Assembly: GCA_012295275.1 (NCBI GenBank)
Contig: CM022672.1
Span: 9,548,001-9,612,000, forward strand
DNA from: Chrysomallon squamiferum
Lineage: Eukaryota > Animalia > Mollusca
DNA: 64,000 nucleotides
Reading direction: 5' to 3'
Part shown: piece after piece, positions 27,773 through 41,394 of the stretch
Position numbering within the stretch: position 1 is the first letter of the stretch
How the letters are laid out: each line of letters begins with the position of its first letter
The notes under the pieces: model-generated
What the model was told of the DNA's origin: nothing
What the model saw: the letters and a program-made list of their open reading frames with translations, nothing else
Database searches by the model: none
Position numbers and translations under genes: made by a program

Positions 27773-28387
27773 ACTGTTATTTTAAATGGAAATACTTGCC
27801 TCTTCTTTGTCTGTTTTCAGCCTATGTTGTGACTCCACATTAACTGGTGAGCCTGTTTTAAGTGAATCACTGAGCCATGACAGTTTCACTATTTCAACAT
27901 TTGTGAGAATATCTTCTGAACTGAGACCAAGCCAGCGAATCACCTGATGTAGACTGTCACTCTCTGTGACAACATGTGTCACATCTTGGCTACAAGGTTA
28001 ACTACAGTTTATAATTTCTGAATATCTTGTCAGTAACAGAATATAAATAAATGTAATAATGCACAATTATGCATCAAATAATCTTTTATTTTTATTGTGT
28101 GTGTGTTGTTGTTGTTGTTGTTGTTGTTTATTAATTATTTATCCATACATATATGTATGTACGTGTGCAAGTGCACGTACACACACACATATACACACAA
28201 AGATTTTTTTTTCCTTGATCTTTTTCCATTTATTTAAACACTGGCATAAAATGTTACGATTAATATTAATTCAGTAATTTATATTTTAGTTCTTAAATTT
28301 TTTTTTTTTTTTTTTTATAATCATTATGCACAACTTCAAAAATTTAACAAATCTATAATAAATAGATTGAATTTAATAATTTATACC

Positions 28388-28469
<82 letters not shown>

Positions 28470-28662
28470 AAACGAAAATATAAAACATTACACATCTGTT
28501 CTTCAAACTTGCCACTCACGAAAAATTGTCAGATAAATTTATATTTTTCTTCTTGGCAGCAGCTTTGATGTCTAACAGCCTTTTCTTTTGTATGCGTTGT
28601 GGTAAAATATAGATTAAAGTTTTATTTTTGGTAATATCCGTATCTCCTAAGGGCGCAGCCAT
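23224..28662 (-). CDS. POLM: X-family DNA polymerase, Pol mu / terminal deoxynucleotidyl transferase clade, 9 exons, 539 aa
   Basis: Minus-strand exons 28662-28520, 27989-27800, 27310-27215, 26652-26473, 26061-25990, 25510-25387, 24846-24714, 24166-23572 and 23310-23224 (1620 nt, open). N-terminal BRCT (DVTHVVTE...LSWLSDSLKTGSPV), WACQR, FRRASCVLKSLP, FTSVFGVGPSTAKKW, GGFRRKKSSGHDVDILITHP, LDHFEK, RRVDL, ALVGWTGSK, TSHGL, C-terminal EPHERNC. Probably co-orthologous to vertebrate POLM and DNTT. Confidence 0.95.
25493..25574 (-). repeat. Three perfect 26-bp tandem copies spanning the exon 6 acceptor of the polymerase gene
   Basis: Unit aaaaacactggtgaacatctgtaatg x3; on the minus strand each reads cattacag|ATGTTCACCAGTGTTTTT. 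Confidence 0.97.
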
Positions 28663-29835
28663 TCCTATTTCTTTCCTTCGTTGTTTCCTTCGCTGGGTTG
28701 GAGAACCAACAACTTAACGCATGGAAGAATTTGCACTTTTACATATCAAACGTTTTTAAAATGCTGTGTTGCTTATGCCTTTAAAAACTGGAGAAAAACG
28801 AGAAAATAAAAATAATATTAGGAACATTATAATCAAGAAGAAACTATCCAAATATATTTGTTAAAATTTAAGTTAAAAAATTATTCAAGTTATTGGTTCA
28901 GTCTGTCTAAACTTTTGAACTAGTGATAAAATAAAATAAAACCTTAATACTTAACATTTTTGATATAAAAATGGATGAATGTCCCAGGCTAATTAAAACT
29001 ATTTTAACGTTAGAAAGAAAATTTAAATTTGCTCAAATGTAAAAATCTCTGTATTTGTCCTCAAAATATTGAACAATTTAAGGTCTGGCATAGTTCATGT
29101 ACAAAACTTCATCAATATATTTATCAATTTTATATAAAAAAATAAATAAATAAATAAAATGGTTTCAAATAATTCAATATTATTTCTTTGTTTTGCTTAT
29201 TATTATAATTATTATTACTAAATAGTTATTTTGTTATTATGTTTTGTTGTTATTTTTGTTGAAATTTCCTTATGTGTGCCAAGGAAGATTGAATCACGCT
29301 TCAATGAGCAATCGGTCATGGATAAGAAAAATTAATTTAAAATATTTGTGATCTTTGCATTTGTAAAATATTCCAGTATCTTTATTTGAATATACCAGCT
29401 TTTAATAATTAATTTCCTCAGTTTTTATAATAACATTATGATAGTCAATTCCTACAGTTCATTTTCATAACAACATTGTCATAGTTTATCTTTATAACAT
29501 TATCATAGGTCATTTTCATAGCAAGATTATTGTAGTTTTTCATCATTTTAATAATATTATCATATTTCAGTCTGTTGTTTGAGCTCAGCTTTATAAAATT
29601 AACTTTTGAGATGTGTAAGATTTTCTCTAAATAGATCAACCATTTAAAATTAACTAAAATTCTTTCATTATCATTAAACAACTAAATGACATTTAATATA
29701 ATATGTATCTAGTAACCATTCATAAAAAGTAAACTGAGGCAAGCACAGTTAAATCTGGAGTATATTTAAACCAAAAAAGATAAGACAACACTTGTGAATG
29801 GTATTCTACTATTTTATACTGAAGGTTTTTGAGTA

Positions 29836-30342
29836 TCACATTCTGTGGTCTTCATTTTGTTTGTTTTTCTCAACACTCTGGAATGTTTCTATGATGATGT
29901 CCTTGTGTTTAGTCTGCATGTGTTGTAACAGTGTGGTCTGTCTAGCGAGTTTCCGCCCACAGTACGCACAGATCAACAATTCCTGTCTTGTGTGTGTCCT
30001 TAAGTGTCTTTTCAAGTCTCCTGAAATTGTACATTATATAAATGTGAAGTACTTTTCCATGGACAGCATTAGATTTGGTTTCCTATATGAATGATATATA
30101 TGACATTATGCATATTCTGAAAGGCACACAAAACTATGTATTTGAATAAATCTATGTACTAAATATTGCATTTGAATTTCACATAAAAAAAAAAAATTGT
30201 GAACTTTTATTTAAGACTAATATATACAATTTAAAAAGTATGGCAGGAAAAAAAAAAAATTAATAATAATAATAATAATAATAAAGTATTACCAGTATCT
30301 GCTTTTAAATGCATTTTGGCAGGCAAGAAAAATAAAATAATT

Positions 30343-30373
<31 letters not shown>

Positions 30374-30992
30374 AAAATAAATAGACAACGTTGTTGTACC
30401 GTTCTGGTAGTAACTTTTGCTGCACTGGTCACACTTGAAGACTTTTTCTTTAGTTGTGGAATCGAAGATGAACGACCAAATCACTTTTTCTAATGTAACC
30501 TGTAACAAGTAACATCTAACACAGTCAACAATCAAATCATTAGAAAAAAAATATATATATATATATATATTCAGTTCAGAACAGACACCATTAACTTCTT
30601 GTCAAAAAAAAGTAAGCAAACTCAAACTGTAATTAATCTATATGTATATACACAAAGTACATGCAAACATCACATATGCAATAGACACACACAATCCAAT
30701 TTTACTCATTACTTAAAATAACAAATAAAGTTGACATTTTGTAAAGGGAAGCACAATTTCTTTTTTAGCTTTTTTTCTTTCTTTCTTTTTTTTTTAAATT
30801 ATTTAAAATTATTTTATTTTATTTTTTATCTATCTATCTATATATATATATATATATATATTATTAAATAAAATAAAAATATAATAAAAAATAATAAATT
30901 ATTATTATTATAATTTTTTTTAAATCATTTGTGTAATATATTTATTATATTTGTTTTTGGACAAGCATAAACCCAGGAATTTTATATATATT

Positions 30993-31031
<39 letters not shown>

Positions 31032-31214
31032 CTGACTTTAAATTATGTTACTTTATAATACAATTATTTTTTTAAGCATCACTAAATTACCTTTGCCACA
31101 CACACTACATTTATAAGGCTCCTTGTTTTCATGTATCAGTAAGTGTCTCTTAAGATCACAATGCTGAAGAAATGATCGTCCACATTTTTCACATTTGTAT
31201 CTGCTATTGTTCTG

Positions 31215-31246
<32 letters not shown>

Positions 31247-33849
31247 ACATATAATATAACAAATATTTGTTTTAGAAATTATTAAAATAAAATAAACATT
31301 TAAATAAAAATAATATTTTGAACAATGAATGCACTTTTTCATTATTATTGTTTTTTTTAATCCTTATTGACATATATACGAAAACGATTCAGATTTTTAT
31401 CTGACATCTGACTTTATTCCTTTCTGGTGAGGTAACACATAATTTATCCACCATTTTTAACAAGAGTTTAATTATTACTTAATAATTAAATAATAATAAC
31501 AATGACAATACTGCTACTACTAATAATAATAACAACAACAATAAGAAAAAGAAAAACAAGATGATCAAAAAGAAAAGGAAAAAGAAGGAAAAAAGAAGAA
31601 CAACAAGAAGAAGAAGAGAAGGAGGAAGAAAATAAAACAAAAAGTACCCAGTGGTTAAAATCATGTAGCTTGAGATGCCTCTTGTAGTTTCCAGGTCTGG
31701 TGAATGTAGCATTGCAGAGTTCACACTCACTCAGACTCTGTTCTGGTCCGTGTTCTGAGCCCTGTTCTGTCTCTTCATGTTCTGACAACACCAGTTCACC
31801 ATCTTTAGTTACACCTGACTCTACCTGAACAGATGTCCCAGCGTTATGTTTGTCCTTTATCATATGACATTCCTTTTTAGTCATATTAGGAGGTGATTCC
31901 TTAGTACACGTTTTTAATGAAGTCCTGCCTATTTGGTCCACTTGACAGTTTGTTTGTAATGATGTCCTATCTACTTGGTTCACTTGATTAATTATTTGTA
32001 ATGAAGTACCACCAGTCTGACTACTATTTACTCTAGACTGATCTTTATAGTTATGAAAACTTGATTCTGCTTTAAATTTTCTGTTATCTTCACAATCTTT
32101 TTTACACTCTTCTTTGCTTACTACAGAGTTGTTTGCTTCCTGTGATACTGACGATGGCAATGAACCAAATCCCTGACCCATAATAACCTGCTGAGACTGA
32201 CCAATGTCCTTGACTTCACAGGACATGCTAGCTAAGTTCGTCATTGGAAATGAAACTGAATTTCCACCTTTTCTATCTATAGCTAGTTCTGAATTCTGAG
32301 CTGTTCCAGCAACCTTAGTCAAATTAATCCAATTTATTTGCATTGTAATTATTATTTTACTGCATGTGACAATTTCTGACGTTTCTACCACTGAACCTGA
32401 GTTTGAGGATTTTTCCTGTGAGCCCGAGGTTAATAATTTTCCTGCAGATTTAATGCATTCCTGATTAATAATCTGTCCATTCAGACTGTCATCCTTACCT
32501 GTGCTACTGGACTGAACAAATGCAGAAAGTTGATTGTCCTGGGAATTTTTATCATTTCTGTCAGGAAATGTACAAAATCTGTTGATACCTGACCACAAGC
32601 CATTGTCTACAGTACTCATCAAAACAGGGACACTAAAATCACTACTCTGACTTTCAACAGTTTGCAAATTGATTTCCTTTTTCACAACAGGCTTGAACAA
32701 GTCCCTGTTGCCTAATGTATTTCCTATGTTTACTGGTGTCTGTGAAGCCTTTTCATTATTGAAGTTGTTGTTTATATTTGACTGCATGGATTTATTTGTA
32801 GATCCAAGAATTTCAGTGATGTCCATATCTGCTTCCTTCTGTTTATCAGTTTGTTGTTCCAGAGACAAATGCGAATCCTCAAGCTGCACCATGCTATCAG
32901 CACATGCAGGCATCGTCAGGTTTCCCTCTAATGTTATGTAATCATTAGCAATGGTTTTGTTTTCTGAAAAGTCTTCTGGTGTTGCAGGAACAGGAATGTT
33001 CAAACCTGACAGGAGGACAGCAGAACTGTCAATGTTTGACAACACTGGGATCTGTTCACTGACAGGGACTGTTCTGATTTCGAGTTTAATAATGTTTGGA
33101 GACAACAATGTTTTTAATTTGACAGAATCTCTGTTTTCTACAAGCTGGGCCTGAAAGTTACCATGACCTATGCTAGATGACACGTGAGACATGGAGGAAA
33201 TATATGAACCAGACTCAGCAGAAAGTGGAACTGTTTTTAAGGGAAGGTCAATAATGCCAGGTGCACCCAAAGTGTTCAGTATAAAGATACCTGGAGCAAC
33301 TGAGAAAATTGACTGAGTTGGGGCAAAACCACCTGCAGATCTCGATGTCAGATTCTCCAAAACTGCATTAACAAAGCTAGCTGCTGAACTGCTGCCCAGA
33401 ATTATCGGAGTGGTACTGAGAATCTGAGAACCAAGTTCCACAGAATTCTGCTGGTTTCTGACACTGTCTGCTTCCTTCCCAACTAAACTGGAGACAGACT
33501 CACTGACAGCACAGACAGGCTGTGTGTGTATTGAGTGAGTGATTGTGCCACTGTCAAAACACGTTGGTGCATAATCAGAGAGTCCAGTTTCAAAACTGGG
33601 TGTCACAGAAAGATCAAGACACTCATCCTCAACCATGCTGACATCAGCTTCTCTCCCCAGCAATGATGAACCCAGGACAGAATCATGTGCATTGCAAGAG
33701 CTGTCAAAGTCCAGACTTATTTCACTTTGAAGTTTGTCATCAGGTAGTGATGGCGTTAACAGACGAGACATTTCAACGGATGGACTGGAAGAGATGTCAT
33801 GAAGTTCCACCTCTCTCTGAATAATGCTTGGTGAGTTCAGTCTGTCCAT
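29836..33849 (-). CDS. C2H2 zinc-finger protein (about 710-aa Ser/low-complexity N-terminus plus 5 C-terminal fingers), with an apparent +1 frameshift in coding exon 3
   Basis: Coding exons (minus) 33849-31648 (acceptor at 33874, aaaATG), 31211-31091, 30499-30400 and 30020-29836. Fingers: CELC..HLKLH, CEKC..HLLIH, CSVC..HLRFH, CDQC..HLRTH, CAYC..HMQTKH. 868 aa if one base is removed near 30452; 790 aa as written. Confidence 0.88.
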
Positions 33850-34027
33850 TTTGTTCTCAGTTCAGAGTTTACAGCTAAAGAAGAAAATAACAGCACCAAT
33901 AATAATAAAATCTGAATACTTAGTCATAATTCATTATTATTATTACTATTAGTAGTAGTAGTAAAAGTAGTACCAGTAATAGTAGTAGCAATCTTTATTT
34001 TTTGAAACAAAGATTGATTAAATATAC

Positions 34028-34081
<54 letters not shown>

Positions 34082-34379
34082 GCACATATATACATATATC
34101 TACACACAGACACACACACACACATTTCTTTTGAGAAACTGCTAATGATTCTGAGTTTTTTTTAAAGCTGTAAATATAATTAATTATTTCTGTAAGAAAT
34201 GGAGAATATAGAAAATTTCAAAAAATAATATAAAACAAAATAAATAAATATACTTGAGAATCAATACTCCATTTGACTGAAATAATAAACACAATCACAC
34301 ATGTGTGTGTGCGTGTGTGTGTATATATATCATAAACAACAGATTAATTTACTGTTTGATCACAATCAAGCCGACAAAC

Positions 34380-34870
34380 TCACAACCACCTACCATTGAT
34401 GACAGTGCTTTCGTTTAGAGGCTTTTTTCATTTATCACTGAAATACTGGACAACCGGTATTTTCCTTAAAGATAAGACAAATACCAATGTTAAATCACTT
34501 CAGCTCATAATCGCAAGAAACAAAACCCATTTTTGAAATTCCAATGATTCAGGGGATTACATTAAGAATTGTTAGTCTTGTTTATTTTTCCCAAAACACA
34601 CCCTGACATCTGATTTCTAACAAAACAAACTAGTTGTTTACTAGTCGTCTTGATTTCAAGGGAGATCACTCTAATTGCCTAGTAGAAATCAAGGTCTCAT
34701 AATTATTGAAGAGCGGATTCATTAATAAATTAGCTCCCTTCCTCTTTCCTTCGCCAAACTGTTTTCTGCGACAGACACGCCCGCTGACCTGTCAGAGAGC
34801 GTGCCTGTCGTTGACGTGTTTCACAACAGCTCGCTCTGATTAGCACGTTAAATTGTTTCCATCCCGATAA
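34380..34870 (-). promoter_or_regulatory. CpG-rich promoter / 5' UTR exon region of the zinc-finger gene
   Basis: Local CpG enrichment amid CpG-poor flanks. A minus-strand donor ATG|GTAGGT at 34394/34393 could splice to the acceptor at 33874. Confidence 0.45.
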
Positions 34871-35108
34871 ATTAATAATTATTATAACAACAATAACAAC
34901 AGCAGCAGCAGCAGCAGCAATAACAACAACAACAACAACAACAGCAATAATGATAAATTAATAAATTAAATAAATAAATAATTTGATTAAGTTTTATTCA
35001 AGATACATGGCAGTATATTTTATAAATTATTTCCGTAAGTGTAAGTGTAATAATAATTAAGCTGCGTTTCTTCCAGAATATTTAATAATGTATCTCTAAA
35101 CAAATAAG

Positions 35109-35166
<58 letters not shown>

Positions 35167-35554
35167 TAAAAATTATAAAAATAAAATAATGCTTTAATAA
35201 AAATAAAAATAAAATAATATATATTATAATGGATAACCATTGTTTAGTTCAGCTGTACTTCGTTTGCAATAAATAGATATTGTTATTTCAGTTGCAGATA
35301 CGATATCATAAAATATAATATCAGTATCAATAATAATAATAATAATAATAAAACGTATTGTATTTTATTCATTTCATCTTTTCATTTCGCATCGTTTCAT
35401 TTTATTTATTTATTTATTCATTTATTTATTATTTATTAAACATTTAGTATTTCAGAATAAAGAAACACGTCATTAAAAATAATTCGTAAGACTAATTTTG
35501 TTTAAACCATTTAGAAAAATTAATTGCTAGAATTTGATTTTTACAAATAATAAA

Positions 35555-35587
<33 letters not shown>

Positions 35588-36239
35588 GTAATAAGAATGA
35601 TGATAATAATATCATCATCATTATTATCATCATCATCATAATCATCATTATTATTATTATTAATTTTTGTTTATTTTATTAATCATTTCTCTTTATATAG
35701 ACAACTCCAACAATATTATCCTATTTTGCTTTTCAACTCATAATAATATAGTTCTTTCTCTTTTCTCTGTTTTCTTTACTTTTTCTTTCTTTCGTTCTTT
35801 CTTTTTTCTTCACACAAAACACACACACCACACACACACACACACACACGTTATTAATGTGGATTTTGTTGGGATTTTTTTAATTTTAAATTCATTTACT
35901 GAAATATTCCATTTATTATTATTTTTGTTTGTTTGGTTGTTATTTAATTAACGATTTGAATTACATATTCTAACAGATAATATGGAATATTTAAAAATAT
36001 GTTTAGAATACGTTTCAGCCAAAATAAAACTATTAAAAGTACATGTACATGTATTACCTAGTGTAACAATGTTGAAATAAATAAGTAATACTAAGATGTT
36101 TAACCATTTTTAATTGTTTAAAAACAGAAATAGTCTGAGATTAACATTCCACGAGTGTATAGCATAGGTGTTACAAATAAATACAACACAGAGCATAGGT
36201 GTTATAACCACGTTATTAAGGAGTAGCAAGCATGAGACT

Positions 36240-36300
36240 TATACTACCCGTTTGAAGTCACGTGACCTGTGTTTGCGCACGCGCTTGTCAATGGAAGTAA
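36240..36300 (+). promoter_or_regulatory. ADAM proximal promoter with palindromic E-box and NRF1-like site
   Basis: GTCACGTGAC at 36257-36266 (USF/MITF-TFEB-type) and TGCGCACGCGC at 36274-36284, within about 100 bp upstream of the ATG. Confidence 0.6.
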
Positions 36301-36346
36301 TATCTTTACGGAAAGATGGAGTGAATGAATGGTGCTTGGACAAGAA

Positions 36347-37277
36347 ATGGATTTAATCCGGGGGTTTCCCCTAAAATTGTTTTATTTCCTTATTAATTTG
36401 ACAAGATTAAGCTCCGCTGTTCTTCCTGATGGTGAGTATCTGATATTGGATTATCTGGAGCGAGGTTGTTAGTTCAAGGAAGTGTCCGTTTTTAAGAGTA
36501 TAGTAGAAGTACTATTATGTTCCGCTTCGCTGCTAAGCATTGTGTACTGATATAGTTACTTTGTTTAGTAGATTATCATCTTACCTCTTGTAATAAAATA
36601 GTTCTGCTCAACTGCATTTGTAAAAAAGAAATTATAATAATAAAAGTAATATTAATGAAAGCCAAAATTAAAAAAACTGTTCTGGTATAGCATTGCAAAA
36701 ATTGATCCATTCTGACATAATTAGAGAAAGAACGTGACTTGTAAAAACAGTGAAAACAAATTGATTATAATGTTAATTGTTATAGATTTTTTACATTATC
36801 ATTACTTTTTTAGTTTTATATTTATTATTATATATTTCAAGATCTGATGATGATGATAGCAACAACAAATTCATTAAACTGATTTAATTTATTTATTTGT
36901 TACATTTATTTATACATTATCCCTCAAGTTTTATTTTATTATTATTATTATTAGTTTATTAATTAATTGATTAATTCCTTAATTTGTTTATTGAATTTAA
37001 AAATTGTAATCATCATCATCATTATCATCCATTATTTTGGTATTTTCCATTGTTGATGTACTAATTGAGATGTTTCCTCCTTTATAACTATCTGTTATTT
37101 GATTATTACTCTCTTTATTCTGTCATATATAGACACACATAATATTTATGTATATATACATATATATGCAACACAAATGCATACAAAAATGTATACTTGA
37201 CATACAAAATACATACATGACACACACATATATATATATATAAATATATATATACACACAAAACAATTATATATTAA

Positions 37278-37320
<43 letters not shown>

Positions 37321-37407
37321 ATATACATACACACAGTTTACACGTGCACAGACATACACACATTTACGTACACATATGCACTTACATGCATATGAATACA
37401 TGTACTT

Positions 37408-37473
<66 letters not shown>

Positions 37474-40400
37474 TTGTTGTTTCAGAAAGTTAGCAGACAT
37501 TTTATCTATTTGTACTTATAATTCCATGTGAACTCCTTGTGTTATTTTTGAGGGAGTAACATTAATTCTTTCTGGTAGATGAAATAAATAATTTGCCAAT
37601 CCCTTGTTTTCAAGAAATAAAATACTCATAAAATGTCATAATCATAATATATATATATATATATATAAAAAAAAAAAAAAAAAAAAAAATACCTCTAAAA
37701 TTTACTTAAGTCTTCTAAAAAGTGAAAAAGTGAAACAGAGAATTTGTTTTGTTATTGAATTTTGAACAAGTTAACTGTTAACAGAGAGATGTGTAGTTTA
37801 TGAGTTAAATTAACTAAATTAACAGTTTTATAGATACATATTAAATGTTAGCATTGTTTTAATCTGCATCTATAAGATATTATACTATTTAGAATAACTT
37901 ATGTCTTCATTTTTCATTTTCTTCACACACATTTATTTCTTATAATTTACTTTAATTATTTTATTTTGTTCTTTAATTATCAAGCTGTATATTTATTTAT
38001 TTATTTATTTATCTATCTATTATTTGTTACTGTTGTTATTATTATTATTATTATTATTAACAATTTCATGTAATCATTCATAAATCCAATGTTATTTGTA
38101 ATCAAAAGCCTAAGCAATTAACATGTTATATATATTGTATATATTATATACACACACACACCAAACATAATTAAAGGAAGAAAAGAAAATGCATTAATTT
38201 CCCAATTTTACATTTTATGTATCATTTTTATTATTATTATTTTCTTTTTTTTTTCTCCTTTTTTTTTTAACCCTTGACCTTATTAGATTATAAATGAATA
38301 ATAATTATTTTTTTGATATCTGATATTAATCTTTGGCCTACTTTGTTACCTTTGAATGTATGTTCATATAACGATTAATTAAGATATAGACATAATCAAG
38401 TTAATTCAGCAATATTGTTTTTCAGTCATATGATACATTTGTATAGTAATTTTAAAACTAGGATTGGAAAAGATTTTTTTAATTTTATTATTTATATTAT
38501 TTTTTATTTATTTATTTTCATTTTTATTTTTTATTTTTTGCTCTAATTAATTAGGTGTTTATTTGCCTCATTTTTCCTCTGCATGTTTACTATTCTTTCA
38601 TTTTTTTCATTTTTGTATTTATTTATTTATTTAAAAAAATTTAATTAATTAATTATATATTACACATACTTCATTTACATATCTTTATTATTCTGTATTG
38701 ATATCATTTTAAAATATAGTGTGAAAAAAAAAATATATATCCATTTTCCATTTGAGAATAATTACTATCACTGATATAAGCCACATGCCAACGATCCATA
38801 TCAATCTATGTTTATATATACCCATGCATGTCAGTGTGTGGACAAGCTTTTATTTATAAAACAAAGCAATGGAAAACACTTTGGCTGTTTAATATTTACA
38901 ACTATATTAAACACACACACTGAAGTTATCATCACCTACCATTGAATATGGTATAAGCTACTAGCCCAGTAGCTGAAAAATTAATGTTATGTTTACACAT
39001 TATCTACACATAACTGTAACACCTGTCACTGATAGATGGATAGACAGACAGACAGACACACACACACACACACATACCTGTGTTTATATGGTTTGGTCTA
39101 CTAAGCTATTCTTTAATCCACTGACTTTAACATTTTTTTCCAGCTATTCATCAGTCTACCCATCTAGCATTCCATCCATCCCAAAGTCTGTTAGTCATGA
39201 GTTCAGACATAATTATACAGGAATGGCTATAACACATTTACAATATATTTAGAAGTATTTAGGAAAGAATAACAAACCGTATGATGGTAATAATTATAAT
39301 TTTGAGAGAGAGTTTAATACACACAGAGAGAGAAAATATACTGTTAGAGCATTTATTAGTTGTTATTGCCCCATCTAGCTTTTGCTCCTTTGGTATATTT
39401 TTGTTATTATTACATTTATTAATACTAATACTACTATTACAGTTATTACCACTACCATCACTGCTATTTTACTACTACACAATACTTAATATTTATGTTA
39501 TTAGTATTATTACTACTACTACTACTATTACATTACTACTATTATGCTTTATTATTACTAGCACTAATACTACTACTACACTACTGCTACTACTACTGTT
39601 GTTGTTGTTGTTGTTGTTGTTGTTATTATTGTTATTATTATTATTAGTATTATTAAAATTATTATTATTTATTATTCATAGGCACAGGCTCTCAGTATCC
39701 TGGCCAGAAAAGTGGATATGATGTCTTTCATCATTATGAAGAAATAGTGCCTGAGATTCTTCATAAAAATAAAAAGATAAATGGAACTATGTACAAGGTG
39801 AGATGAATAATATTAAATATCTAACTTTCTAAATGTTCTCTTACACACATAAACCTTTTGAATATGTGACCACAATAGCTGTCAAGTGTTTTACTTTCTT
39901 TTTTTCCCCCTATGCTACAGTGACTGTTTTAGAGGTACTTGTAGAGGTCATAGTCCTAAGTTATAACATAATCTCTAGTGTATTGTAATCACATTGTTAT
40001 TGGTTCATTTCAGTGTCTGGATACAATTTATTCTACTAAATATCTGTCTTTAGATAATTATACCCATAGATATATGTCAGAAATAAATGTAAGCAACGGT
40101 TTTCTTTTCTGTACATAACTCCAGCATAGATTTCTACGAATTTTGAAGATTTTTTTTTGTTGTTGTTGTTTCTCAAATTGGATTCATTTTGCTGTTAATA
40201 AATATATGGATTATCATTCCAAACATATAATTAAGGATTCAGATTATACAAAAGCTAAAATTAGCTTTGTCCAGAGCACGTACTCAGTCTCACATGTGAT
40301 GAGATTAATTTATAATAGTCATTGAATAGTTCATCTAAGGTATCATATTACACCTGAGTGAATTCTTATAGACAGTGATATCTTTGCATTAAGATTTCAG

Positions 40401-41349
40401 ACTGATTAGAAATAATGCTATTTTATGTATTGCAAAGATTTCACTGTTTCTTCATTCTCAGAAATCCAAGAAACAATTTCTAACAATGTTTTTATTGTTT
40501 AAAAAAAAAAAAAAAAGAAGATATTATTGTACTTTGTTTTATAAAGTATTACAGTTCTTAATTAATCACAATGACCAGGAAGATTACTATGTTATGTATA
40601 TAACAAAGTTCTTGTTCTTATTGCGGGAGAAAAATGCAAGACACGATGTACTTTGTGTAACAATGTTCTAAATATACTAGCACTAAGAAATCTGAGAAGA
40701 GAGATATTAGCTAAGATGGGTTCAACCTTTAGAACACAAAGCTCATATCTGTTGTTGTTTTCTGTATGTACGTATATAGGCAAATAGGTATGTTTATATG
40801 TGTGTGCTTGTCACTCTGTCTGTTTGTCTGTATATATGTTTAAAAGTAAATAAATAAATAAAGTATTGATGTATATGTAGAGTAAGCAGTATTTATACTT
40901 CATGGAAATGATCAGACAGAAAAACAATGCTGTGCACTGAGGCAACTCTAAAAAGTTCACTGGTGCTGTAATTTAACATTTCCTGTCACTGAAATCATTC
41001 TGCATCAGCCTGGTGCCTGGTACATACATGTGATATTAGCTGTGTCCATGAGGGCTCAGTTATTACATCATCAGCAGTTTAACAGACTGGTTCCCAATCA
41101 TTACACTGCCATTTCAGCCTATTTAAAATTAAATTCTTAATGTGGTTTTCCTGTCTCCCACTGAACTTTCTTGTTTTGTCAGATGTTTTGACTGTGACAG
41201 ATGTGATGTCAGACGAATTGCAGTTTATAGTGTGTGTGTGTGTGTGTGTGTCAGCAACAGAGAAACAGACAGGCAGACAATTTAGATGAGAACATCATAA
41301 AGTATGAACAGTCTCAATAGACTAAAGGCAGTATGCATAATTTACATTG

Positions 41350-41394
<45 letters not shown>

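Noticed and set aside
31486-31647. Hydrophobic C-terminal tail of the 787-aa ORF suggesting a membrane-tethered zinc-finger protein
   Set aside because: Intron read-through of T-rich simple sequence. The exon ends at the donor at 31648 and splices in frame to finger 2.
34733-34752. TCT/5'-TOP-like initiator (cctctttcc) on the plus strand
   Set aside because: Short pyrimidine motif with no supportable downstream plus-strand exon nearby; could be chance.
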